Of a stretch of DNA of 64,000 bases, positions 36,781 through 49,399 are shown piece after piece. Each line of letters begins with the position of its first letter. The stretch's first letter is position 1. The DNA is from Ginglymostoma cirratum (taxonomy: Eukaryota): positions 49,957,087 to 50,021,086 of the forward strand of contig JAHRHZ010000013.1 in the NCBI GenBank assembly GCA_024137785.1. Reading direction: 5' to 3'. The notes beneath the pieces are model-generated. The model saw only the letters and a program-made list of their open reading frames with translations. It had not been told where the DNA came from and searched no databases. Both the position numbers and the translations under genes were made by a program.

Positions 36781-39107
36781 GGCATGTGTTGACCTCACTA
36801 GGTCAGGTCATACTGCAATGATGATGTTTGAGGCATACTGTGCTGGTTTGCCTTTCCATTTCATTTCAAAGAGTTTGTAACATAACATGCTGGACCTGAT
36901 AATGAAGTGGTGAGGGCAACAGAGCATCTGGCACTTCAGCAAAGGGTGGGGCCCACCGTCTCTTTTCTTAACTGATGAGGTGAAGGATTGACAAAGAAAC
37001 CAAAGGAATAACAGTGGAGGCTGAATTAGAATGGATGAATTAAATCTGAAATAAGGCAAAAGAAAGTAACAATTGGACTCAAATAGAGAGAAAACAAGTG
37101 AAGAATCAAGATAAGAAAAATTCCAAAAAATGTGAAATGAGATATATGTCAATTCTCTAATGATAATCAGAGTGTCACCTGCCAATGCACTGGCAGAAGA
37201 GGTTGGCACCAACATCATCAAAATGCACCTTGAGTTGGAAGCCAGTGCTAATTCAGTTGATACACGCATGTATGGAGCAATTGATGCCCAAGAACTCATG
37301 ACGCTTTGACTCTGCCTGCAACTCTACTCGGCATCCTTTGTATTCAGCTCTCTCGCTCACTCCGGATCCATGCCATTACTACATTCACTGCGACACTAAG
37401 TGGCCCCCTTTCTCCTGTCTGGTATGTTGTTCACCAATACCCCCAGTATTCTTGCTAGCTGCTCCTCTCCTGGTGTCCACGTCACAATCCCCCTACCCTA
37501 TTGCCACTCTCCCATAAGCCAGCTTATTCACTCACTCGAGGACAGTGAGGCAACAGTGAGTGGCAGGGAGGCAGTGATGAATCAAGAATGGTGCGGATAA
37601 GCGTATGAAGTCAGGCAGTAAGTAAATCATGATCCCAGCATTTGAATGCCTTTAAAACATTAGAATAACTTTCATATTATTAGTCCTATTCTTTGATGCA
37701 GGCAGCTCACTGTGGCATTACTAGCAGTGATGTCCCAGGCATTGCTAGTGCATGGTGGGTTAGAGTGTCCCCTCGAGTTGCAGTGGCAATAGACACAGCC
37801 AGCAACAATATACTGCAGGCAGAGCTGAAATTTGACATTTTAAATTAGTATTTTTCCCCCAGGGTTGCATGGCAATGCATTAACAATTGTCACATCATGA
37901 TGAAGTTACTTTCTGTTCCAATCTTAATGGGCAATTAATGCGTAAAATTATTGAATAATGAAGAGGCTAAGACCAAGATGCAAATAGTGAAGCAGCATAA
38001 ATTCCCCAATATGTTCTGGAAATTAGCAACACAGGTGTACGTCTTAATTCCAAAATTCACTGGACTACTTTCTGAACCAATTACTTTGTTAACATGCCAT
38101 TATTTACGTAGCAAGATACAACCATTATTTCTTTCTTTGCATAATGTAGTATCAAGTAGTTTTGTTCTCTTTTCTTTATGAAATCTGACTCTGAAGGAAA
38201 ATAATATTAATAATATGAAAGCTAGGTGTATATTTCACTCTCTGTTTAGAGGTAGATTGTTTAATCAAAGTCATCAAAAACTTTTCCAGGATTGTGAAAC
38301 ATATTTAATTACACAATCTTAGATAATATAGCGGATGACGTGCAAATCAGATCCACCAAAATAGTGAGATCATATTAATGTCAACAAAATATCATATTAC
38401 CCAAGTGTATGCTATAATGGAAGAATCTCATTATCAATTGAAACTTAAAAATTGTATTCACTGTATGCAAAAGTTCCTCATGATGCAAAATTCCTAGAAT
38501 CTCCTTAAGTCAATAGGGCCAAGGCAGCAGAAGTAAAATATCAAGCAAAAATAATGTAAGTTTATAAGAAGGCTCCTTCATGAACCTAACAAACAACCAG
38601 TGACCAAAGTAAACTTTGGATGCTACACGTAGAAGTACAATGCAAGCTATAATCCTTTTGTGTTAAAAAAATTCATTTTGTGCAAAGAACAGATGCGATA
38701 ATAAAACCTATTGCTTCTGACTCGTCTCAAGTCATAGACTAAATAGCCTGACAGGTGCACTAACAGATCCTCTCTGAATCTCTGTAGTCTGGCGCATCAC
38801 ACAGAACACTTCCTCTCATATTAATCTAAGAACAACATGTTCACATCCATAGAGCAATAGGAAAACACAACAGAAAGACAATACAATTATCCTTCCCTAC
38901 ATAGATTGCTAAACTCTAGATTAAGTGTTATTTCTCGAAGGATCTCAGTGTAAACCTCGACCTGATAAATGTGTCTATATATAAGGGAAAAAAAGCCATG
39001 AAATTGAAAAAAAAATCTGACAGCAAACAACATTAATAAATTTGCCATGCATCATATATATTCCAAAGAATAGCCAGTGTTTGCAACGCAAAATCTATTT
39101 CATTGAT

Positions 39108-39225
39108 GCAAAAGCAAAATACTGTGGATACTGGAACCCTGAAATAAAAACAGAAATAATTAGCAGGTCTGGCAGCAACTATGGAAAGAGAAACTCAATT
39201 AATGTTTCAGGTCAGTGATATTTCT
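39108..39225 (-). mobile_element. Old PLE terminal repeat remnant
   Basis: Diverged reverse complement of 35330-35445. Confidence 0.6.
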
Positions 39226-41014
39226 AAAGTCTTGATTCAGGCTGTTAAAGTCAGGATACTCAGACCAAATGTCAGAATTTGGATTAGAAACTGCTATTAA
39301 CTCCATCATTCTCAAGTGAAACATCCATACTTTGAAGACTTTAATTCATTACTGGAATAAAAATCTGAAAATATCTTCCATTCTGACAGGCAATCATGAA
39401 TATTTCCTTCTCATGATATTTCATGGATGTCTACTTGAGGCTACTTGGTAGTTTGAAATTATATACCTTCAGGCATATTTCAGACAGTAATATCAATTTG
39501 ATCAGATCAACCTAGAGATAAACTAAGCAATGATGTTATTGTATTTTCTTAATTTCTGAAGGAATCAAGGAATATCAATTTTATTAGCATTAAAAATATG
39601 CAGATTCTATAGAAATCTGTACCATAATACAATTGCATATAATGCATACAGGTAATCAAAAATATTGATGGACAATATTTCTACTTTTCTTTACATCATG
39701 CAGGTTTTACTAAATCAGTAACAAAGAGTGCTTTGGAAGCAGTAGAATAACACTTTGTTTTTCTCAGCTGGATACCTAACTCACTTAGAAAACCACGGTT
39801 CTACTAATCGGCAACAAATAAAGTTCTGAGAAATCCACTTGAAGAAAGTTTGTGTGTGTCAATCTTCCAAGAAATCCATTTGAGATTCTGCTTGCCAAAC
39901 AGAGGGTGCAGATTTTCTCTTCATAGAGAGAAACAACAATTCCTTAAACTCGAAAACCTCAAATTCAGAATGGAAAGAAAAAAGGCACAGGAGTTACTAA
40001 AAAAAACCCCACAGTTTAATAGCACAATCCAGTAGTAAGACTTCCTTCACCTGCTGAATTTATTTACCTCCATTCATCAGGACACTGTAATGCAAGAAGG
40101 CAAAGCTGCACTGGATATTATTTTAGTAAAATTTTGAACTTTTGATTAAAAAAAGCCAAAGTATAAACAGTAAACATAATGTAAAAAACATTAATTATTT
40201 TGCTGTGTTGATAGTACTATGTATTCTTTAATATAAGTGTTTCTCTCTGTTAATTCATTCCTTTCACCTTTTCACTATTTAGCAGAACCCACTTTAGCAT
40301 TACAAATTGCCTGTCATGTGTATTGATGTGGGTTTTTTTTTTAATGCTTGCCACGGTTAGTCATCAAGACTCGCACTAGCAAATTGATGCAAATAGGAAA
40401 ACTAGTAGTTTTCAAGCAATGTTTTGCATTAACTGTGGCCTTGACCATAGTGTGTCACATATTGAGAGATACAAACACATCGGTTAATAGGATGCCTGTG
40501 GGTAAAACCACTAGTTTTTAATCTTTAGATCATTACACATATTTTCTGTGTTTAATGCCTAAGTAGTTCACCCAATACGTGTTCCAACATCTGTTTACAA
40601 AACAAAGCCTGAACTATATATATACTGTTGTTAATCTATCCACAGTCCAACAAGATACTTCCTTACACATTGGTTAGATTGCAGTATTCTGTCATTGCAC
40701 ATTATACATTTCAGAGCATCCTTTAGAACGTCATTTGTTTTTGGATTATCACTTAAGCCAAGATAAGTTTGGGATAATTGGTCAAAATTTGTTCATTATG
40801 CACCCAGAATTATAAAAATTAAAGCACAGCATCAGACCTATCATGCAGGTTCCATTTCCCTGCTCTCCCCCATTCTTTTTACGGTATCATTACAATTCTG
40901 AAGGAAGCCATTTGACTCATTGCGGGCTCTTTAAAAGGATGGTACACTTGGTTCGATTTCTCTCTTTCCCCACATTCCAATAAGTATATTCTCTTTCAAA
41001 GCTTGGTACTTTAA

Positions 41015-41815
41015 GATAGAGAAGCAAAATTAGGCATTTGGCCCATCAAATCTGCTCTGTCAATCGATCATGGCTGATATATTTCTCAACCTCATTTTTC
41101 TGCCTTCTCCCTCGATCCTTGATCCCCTAACTAATCAAGAACCTATCGATCTCTGTCTTAAAGACACTCAAGGACTTGGCCTCCACAGTGTTCAGTGGCA
41201 ATGAGTTCCAAAGATTCACCACTCTCTGGCTGAAGAAATTCCTCCTCATCTCAGTTCTAAGGGATTGTCCCTTCACACTGAGGCTGTGCCATCAGGTGCT
41301 AGTCTCTCCTACTAGTGGAAGAATCTTCCCAACGTCCACTCTATGCATGCCTCTCAATATTCTGCAATCTTCAATGAGATCCTCCCTCATTCTTCTTAAC
41401 TCCTTTGTATACAGACCCAGAGTTGTCAACTGCTCCTCATATAACAAGATCATTCTTCATTCCCAACATCATTCTTCTGAACCTCCTCTGGACCCCCTAA
41501 TAGGCCAATACATCCTTCCTTAGATACAGGGCCAAAACTGCGCACAATATTGCAAATGCAGTCTGACCAGAGCCTTATACACCCTCAGTAATACAACCCT
41601 GCTCCTGTGTTCTAACCCTCTCAAAATGAAAGCTAATATTGCATTTTCCTTCCTAACTGCTGTTAACCTTAAGAAAATCCTGAACTTTGTGTTTCAGATT
41701 TCCGAAGTCTTTCCCGATTTAGAAAGTAGTCTACACCTCCGTTCTTCCAACCTCACATTTTCCAAATTGTATACTATCTGCCACTTCTGTGCCCATTCTC
41801 CTAGCCTGTCCTAGT
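41015..41815 (-). mobile_element. CR1 3' fragment nested in an older CR1 (about 40890-42370)
   Basis: Reverse complement of CR1 ORF2 end (LYKALVRLHLQYCAQFW) and UTR. Confidence 0.85.
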
Positions 41816-42399
41816 CTACTGAAACTGCATCCAACCCCATTTCAAAGAAGGCATTTAAGATCCTAACAGTTCACAGTGTTCTTCTCATCTGTCTTCTGAT
41901 TATTTTATCATTTACCTGAAATGGTGCTAACGTATTGCAGTGAAAATAGCTTTTCTATATTTAGTCTATCAAACTCGTTGTAACATTCTCCCCCTTAACC
42001 TTCCTTGTTCTAGGGAGAACAAACCCAAAATCTCTGTTCTATCCACACAATTGAAGTCACTCATGTCTGTACATTGTTAAAACATTACCTTTGCATGTCA
42101 TATAAGGCATTTATATCATATCTAAAGAGCTTCGTGCTGACTGGGACATAATGTTTAGCTAATGATTTACACCTCCACATATAAATTCATACTGCCTGTT
42201 TGTTTTTCAACAGCATTAATATAATTATCCTGGCACCTTGAAGCATTTGTGTCTGTACACTCAGTATCTGTTCCTGCATATCCTTTAATCTTATACTAAG
42301 TATTGCCCTTTCTCATAATCCCCTTCGAACTGCTTTACATTAAATTTCATCTACAATGTGTCTAGCAGTTTTTTTTCTTGAACAGTACCTTCTGAATCT

Positions 42400-42662
42400 T
42401 TTACTTCCTTGAAGAACAGGGCAACAAGAACCTGGAAATAACGTACGTTTCTCTCAAATTCACAAATTATTCCAACATGGAATTATATCGACATTCCTTC
42501 ATTACCACCCATCAAAACACGACAAGTCCCTCCAATGGCAATGCCTTGTACAGATGTACACCACAAGGACTTCAAGAAGACAGATCACCACCACCTTTCA
42601 AGCGCAATGATGGATAAGCAAGTATTCATAGCCGATGATCAACTCATTTGATCAATAAAATA
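42400..42662 (+). mobile_element. Family B LINE 3' tail remnant
   Basis: Collinear with 30200-30460. Confidence 0.55.
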
Positions 42663-42677
42663 GCTCTGGGGAATTTT

Positions 42678-45600
42678 TCTTTTAAATTAACTGGTGGGGT
42701 ATGGGTGCAACTGACTAGGTCCAGAATATATTGCTCATCCCTAACTGTCCTAGAGAAGGTGAGCTGCCTCCTTGAAAAGTTGCTGTCTGTGGTGTATAGG
42801 TAAACCTACGATGCTGTCAGGGATACAGGTCTAGAATTTTGACCGAGTAACAAGGAAGGAATGATGATAGTTCTCCAAGTCAGGATGGTGTGTGGTTCTG
42901 AGGGTAGCTTGCAGTTGGTGGTTTTCCCATTGATGTGCTGCTGTTGAACATCTAGGTGGTAAAGGTCACACATTTGGGAGTTACTGACAAAGAAACTTGG
43001 GGAATTGCCACAGTGCATCTTACCATTGACGTTCACTGCTATCACTGTGCATTGTGCTGGAGATAGCAAATATTAAAAAGATATTCAGGGGGTGTCAATG
43101 AGGCAGGTTTCTTTGTTCTGGTTGGTAATAAGCTTCTTGATTATTATTAGAATTGCACTGATCCAGACTAGTGGAGTGTATTCCATTACACTTCTGACTT
43201 GTGCCTAGTAGAAGATAGACAGAATTTGCAGAATCAGGTGGTGAGATATTATCCACAGAATTCCCAGCCTCTGACTTGCACTTTTAGCCACAGTACTTAT
43301 GTGGTTGGTCCATAGGAAGCAAGTTGACAGTGGGGGCTTCAGAGATGTCAATGACACTGAATGTCAAGGACTGACAGTTGAATTCTCTTGCTGGAGATTG
43401 TCACGGCCTGGCACCTGCTTGCTACATACCAGCTAAAGACTGGATATTGTCCAGGCAGTGCTGCATACGGACACAGGTTGCTTTAACATCTGAGGAACCA
43501 CAAATGCTGCTGAACACGTGCAGTCATCAGCAAACATCCTCACTTGTGAACTTAAGTTAGAAGGAAGGTCTTCAATGAAGTAGTTCAAGATAATAAGGCC
43601 TGGGACACTACCCTGAAGAACTCCTGCAATGACATTCTGTGGCTGAGATGGCTGACCTCAAAACAATATTCGATCTCCCTCTGTTCTAGGTACGACTCCA
43701 ACCACAGCTGGATTTACCCTTGAATCCCATTAACTCCAATTTTGTTACAATTTCCCGGCGCCACACTTGGTCAAATATTGCCTTGATGTCAGACAGTTAT
43801 TATCACATCACCTCTGGAGTTCAGCTCTTTTGTCTACTTTTGAATCAAGGCTGTAATGAGGTCAGGAGCTGACTGAAGCTGTTGGGACAGAAACTGGCCA
43901 TTTATGAGCAGGTGCCATTTTTGAGTAAGTGCCATTTGACGTACTGTCAATGACCCCTTACTTTCACTTTGCTATTGGCTGACAATAGATGGATGGAAAG
44001 GTAACTGGCCAGCTTGGTTTTGTCCTGCTTTTTGAAGATCTAGGCAATTTTTCACATTATGACATAGATGTCAATGTTGTAGCCGTGCTGGAACAATGTG
44101 GCTAAGAGCACAGCTAGTTCTGGATCATAAGGCTTTAGCACTATTGCCAGAATGTTGTAAGGGCCCATAGACTTTCCAGTATCTAGTGCCTTCAGACATT
44201 CCTTGACATAATATGGAGTGAATCAAGTTGCCTGAACATTAGCACCTTTGTAGCTAGGAATCTCAGGAGGAGGCTGAGATTAAATGTCCACTTGTCATTT
44301 CCGGCTGAAGATACTTGCAAATAGTTCAGCCTTATCTTTTGCACTGATTTACTGGGCTCCTCCATCATTGAGGTTGGGTACATTCGTGGAGTCTCCTCTT
44401 CTATTGACTTGATGAACTGTCTACCATCATTTATGACTGGATGCAGCAAGACTGCAGAACTCAGATCTGATCTGTTGGTTGTGGTATCGCTTAGCTCTGT
44501 CTATTGCATGCTGCATATGCTGTTTGTCATGCAGGTAGCTCTGTATTATAGCTTCTCCAGGTTGACAAATCAATTCTTTTGGGTATACCTGGTTCTGCTC
44601 CTGCCATTCGCTCTTTCTCTCTTCATTGAACTGGGTTTGATCTCCTCACTTGGTGGCAATGCTAAAGAGGTGGATGTGCCAGGCAATGAGGTTACAGATT
44701 TTGGTCAAAGCCAATTCTTCTGTTATTGATGACTCATAGCACCTCATGGATGTTCAGTCTTGAATTGCTAAATCTGTTCAAAATCTTTTCCAAACCATTC
44801 CTGGTGATGGAATTTAAGACCCTCATCTAGAGTACTTTCTGTGCTATTAGCACCATCATGGCATCCTCCTAGTTCAATGTAGAGGAGCACTGATTCATCA
44901 AGTAAGTGAGGCTGAGATGCAGTGGGAGGAAATCAGCAGGAGGTTTCCTTGGCCATGTTTGATTTGATGCCAGGTGACTTCACAGGGTCAGGAGTCAATG
45001 GCTCCCAGAGCAATTCACCTTCGAAAGTACTCCACTGTGCTATCACCTCTGGGTGGTAGGTCTGGCCTGTTGATGGGTCAGAGGATTCTCAAGGATGATG
45101 TCTGGGACTTTGTCAGTAAGCTGTGATTCCCTGAAAATGATAACGCTAGTCTACTGCATGAGTAACCTCGGCGACAGTTCTCCCAACTTCAGCACAAAGC
45201 CCCTAGATGTGAGGAAAGAGGATGCAGATAGATTTGAAAGAGCTGTGCCTGCATTGTCATTTCTCGCGCCTGGTTGATTCTGGGTAGTCCATTTGGTTAC
45301 AATCCTGTTATCAGATCTTGTAGTGGTTAGACACATCTGGGTGACTTGCTCGGCCATTTCAAGAGACAGTTGAGAATCAATCACTACACTGGGTATGCCT
45401 GGTTCTGCTCCTGCCATTCTGCAATACAGTGGCTCAGTGGTTAGCACTGCATTTTAACAATGCCAGGGACCCACTCTCCACTCTTGGGGAACTGTCTGTG
45501 TGGAGTTTGCAAATTCTCCCCATGTCTGTGTGGATTTCCTCTGGGTGCTCCGGTTTCCTCTCACAGTCCAAAGATGTGCAAGCTCGGTGGATTGGCCAAG

Positions 45601-45992
45601 CTAAACTGCCTGTAATGTTCAGGGATGTGTAGATTAGGTGGGTTATGGGGGATGGGTCTGGGTGGGATGCTCTAAGGGGCGGTGTAGACTTGTTGGGCCG
45701 AAGGGCCTGTTTCCACACTGTTGGGATTCTATGACCTATGATTCCATGAATAAGCCTCTTATAGGCCAGATCAGGTCAGCATAGCAGACTTTTCTTCCTT
45801 AAAAGGACATTAGCAAACCAGGTAAGCTTTTAGGAAAGTTGACAATGGTTTCATAGTCACCATTAGAATAGTTTTCTTTAAAATTTCAGGTTTATTTATG
45901 AAAATTTAAGTTTCAATATCTACTGTGGTGTGACTTGAACCCATGTCCCCAGATCGTTAACCTGAGTCTCTGGATTACTACACTACTGCCTT
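42678..45992 (-). mobile_element. Near full-length decayed family B LINE (tRNA-like head, APE, RT, 3' tail), interrupted by an HE1 SINE
   Basis: APE start GFVLKLGELSPRL; RT pieces (aggagttcttcagggtagtgtcccaggc); head with B-box-like GGTTCAAGTC at about 45932-45941. Confidence 0.8.
45426..45749 (+). mobile_element. HE1-type V-SINE
   Basis: tRNA head gtggctcagtggttagcactgc; V-domain gtgtggagtttgca..ttctcccc..gtctg; CR1-like tail gggcctgtttcc...gattctatga. Confidence 0.9.
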
Positions 45993-47429
45993 CCTTTATC
46001 TTCACAGTAAGGACCAAATTAGCTCAAATTCATGACGCTTCTGTCTGAGTCAATAGGATATTTAGGCTGTCTTGCTTTAAAATTGCCATGCAGTAGAGAA
46101 AAAGAGTGGCAAGTGGGCAGCTTGTTTTTAAATTCCATTCTGCCCAATTTCTACAAGGTATGTGGAGTCAGAAATGCTGCCTCAATCTCAAAGACAGTTA
46201 ATGTATCCGTTTCATTAAATGTTGGGCTTTTCAAGCATGGGTCTATCAATTAAGAGATATATTTGTTTTTATTAATACTAAAGCTTCAAGTTCATTTAAA
46301 ACTTAAAAGAAACCTTGTTTTTTAAACCTGCATTGCTTACGTAACCACGAGTTAAAATGTTGGGTAAAACACTAGGATACTGAGAAGGGCAACAGACCAT
46401 CATTACAGAACATGCTAACTGCAATACAAAAGTGGGAGAGGGAAAGGTAAAAGACTGCAGCAAAAATAGAACATTACAGTGAACTTTCAGGGTGTAACTC
46501 ATCCAAAACAGATTACACAATGTCAATAAAAGTTCCGGCAATGAGATGTTCAATCAAATTTACTTAAGTCCTTGCATTGAAGCCAATCATAAAAGAAATG
46601 TTAATTTGCATGATTCAGGAGAATTGCTGAAACGTAAATACTTTACTTAAGGTATCTGGTACGAGTGGACCTGTTGAAGGTTTTGAAATATTAGTATAAC
46701 AAAGACAGAAGTGGGCAGCTTTATATAGGACAATATGGCAACCAAAACTGGGGATTTATTACTGGGAATTACAGAATGGCCCAAAAGTGCAGAAAATGCA
46801 CACAATTCACAGCAGGTACAATGTCAGGCAGCAGGACCAACAAGGCACACTCAGCCATCTTGGATGATAAGGAGGATTGTTTCAGTATGGAGTTGGTGTC
46901 ATTTGATTAAAAAACAGCAGCTGATCCTATTGCATTGCTGTATCAACAGGAGTGAAGAACACCACTTCCCTTTCTATTTCAAAAGCGTAGATGTTCAGAA
47001 CATACCCAGTAGGGCCAATAAAGATCTGCAATAAAAATGTATGCAATAAGAGCAGGAGGAGTACACTTGGTCCCGTAGTGAAGTTCATAACGTTGATGGC
47101 AGCTCATGATACTTCCAGGTAGTCTAATGAAACAGCCAGTGTTGTTAGACAGTATTCATAGGAGATACAAATTAGTTTAATTTGCCAAGTGACTTATGTG
47201 ATGAAGCTGTGTCCATTATTAATAGTTTTTGAGCAGTTACATCAAAAAGACTGTTACATTGTTTTCTTTGAAAGACTGCAGAGAAGCTTGATTTTTTTTT
47301 AGAAATGATTATTGGAAGGTCACTTTGGATGTTTTCCAAAAAAACTTTCTGGAAAAGACTATTAAGCTGAGTAAACAATGGAGCGTCATTGACTATGTAT
47401 AGACTTGTACACAGATGGGTCACATGTCC

Positions 47430-47745
47430 TTTTTTTAAATTCATTCATGGGATGAGGACCAGTATTTACTGCCCAGAGGGCAATTAAGAATCAACCACAT
47501 TGCAGTGGGTCACATGTAGGACAGACCAGATAAAGTTGGCAGTTTCCTTCCTCAAGGATATTAATGAACCAGATAGGTTTCTGTTCCCAACAATTGATTC
47601 ATGATCATCAATAGACTCCTTTTGTTTTTAAAGTGAATTCAATTCCACCATTTGTCACAGTGGGATTCAAATCCGAGTCCCAGAATATTATCTGGGTCTC
47701 CTCATTAAGAGCCCAGCGATAATACCACTAAGCCAGTGCCTCTCT
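47430..47745 (-). mobile_element. tRNA-headed SINE made of family B LINE 5' region + 3' tail
   Basis: A box tggcttagtgg, B-box-like gatttgaatcc; body matches 45755-45990 and 45360-45390; ends catcccatgaatgaat + A run. Confidence 0.85.
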
Positions 47746-48273
47746 GTAGGTTTGGGTTGTTTGGATATTGTTTGAAATAGTCAGTTGGGGTGTAGGCTCC
47801 TAAGAGAGAAGCCACCCAAATTATTCCTTCCCATCTTGTTGTAGAAAACTGGTTTAGAGTCCAACTGATGAGGGAGTTCTCTTGAAAACTTTCTAGAAGA
47901 CTCATTCTTGGAATGTCCAAAATGAATTGCTTCTGAAAAGATTCCAGTGATATGCGTATAGTGAACCATCTATGTGTATAAAGGATGCCAGACAGAAAGC
48001 CATCTGAAACATTTCATATCTTATGCTCTTTTCTTTAAGGTATTATACAAGCAAATGGTTTGTTTTTTTTGGTGCTGTATGAACCTAAATTATTAACAAT
48101 TTACTTTGTCAAAGTACTTTTTTAAAAAGTTAATCTTTAAAGAGAAATTATTATTTACTTATTTAACATGTCTTTATGTTAGGTCATTTTGAAAGATTAA
48201 CATTTATACTTTAATTTCGCAAATTGTGTTTATCATGTTTGCATCTTTGCTGAGTAAGTCTTACTCTTGTAAT

Positions 48274-48595
48274 GGGTGGCACTGTGGCTCAGTGGTTAGC
48301 ACTGCTGCCTCACAGCACCAGGGACCTGGGTTTAATTCCACCCTCAGGCAACTGACTGTGTGGAGTTTGCACATTCTCCCTGTGTCTGCATGGGTTTCCT
48401 CCAGGTGCTCTGGTTTCTTCCCACTGTCCAAAGATGTGCAAGTTAGGTGGATTGGCTAAGCTAAATTGTCCATAGAGCTCAGGGAGGTGTAGATTAGGTG
48501 GCTAATAGGGGGATGGGTCTGGGTGGGATACTCTGATGGTTGGTGTGGACTCGTTGGGCTGAAGGGCCTGTTTCCACACTGTAGGGATTCTATGA
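48274..48595 (+). mobile_element. HE1-type V-SINE, full length
   Basis: Collinear with 45426-45749; complete tRNA head. Confidence 0.92.
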
Positions 48596-49399
48596 ATATT
48601 AAATCAATAATTTTGCTGTTTTCTGAAGAAAGCTTGTTGATACATTTTTTTGTATTCAAAGTCAAATAAATAGATAAATTATATAACTGGCTATTTCAAT
48701 AACAGAGTGAAACATTTAAATATATGTTGTGGCTCATGGATTTGTTGAGCTAGAGAAAGTCAATATGCTCCTCCAACTTCAGTTATAACACTTAGCAAAT
48801 GGCATTGCAAATGTGGGAATTTTTCCACGTCACCTATTGAAAGGACAGAAATAAGTCAATGATGTCTTGTGTGTTGGGTGTGTGTAAGGTGGTATAATGC
48901 AGACAAGTCCCTCTGCATAACAGAGTGGGGGCTTAGGACAAGGCTGTATGGGGTGAGGGGAGGGGCTATTAATGCCACATTTGTTAGTTGACAGATAGCA
49001 TTGAAAAAAGAGAGTCGCTGTTGCCAAAACACAATGGCCACATGTTTGAAGCTCAGATTGTAGAACAGCATCATATTAACAAATTTCCTCTTTAATTGTA
49101 GGAAAAGAAGTTGCACAATGCTTGATACAGGAACAGAACTGGAGATAGTGTTCCAAACTTCGCCATTCTCACACGTGTCAAGGAAGAAGCCTTGCAAATA
49201 TCGGAGCTGGGTCAGAGTTCAAAGCGAGATAGGAAGAAGGCCCTAGAAAGATCAGATTCCAAGGGCACATGATTGTAACTACAGCAAACAGTCCTGATGC
49301 AAATGGAGCGGTGGGATGCACAAATCTGAGGAAGCAAGAAGGCAGTTTCATGGTTTGTGACTTTGAAAGCTTACATAGATTATAAGAAAAGTATGTCTA

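Noticed and set aside
46735-47034. 99-aa ORF as a nested gene
   Set aside because: No recognisable domain or convincing splice signals; length compatible with chance.
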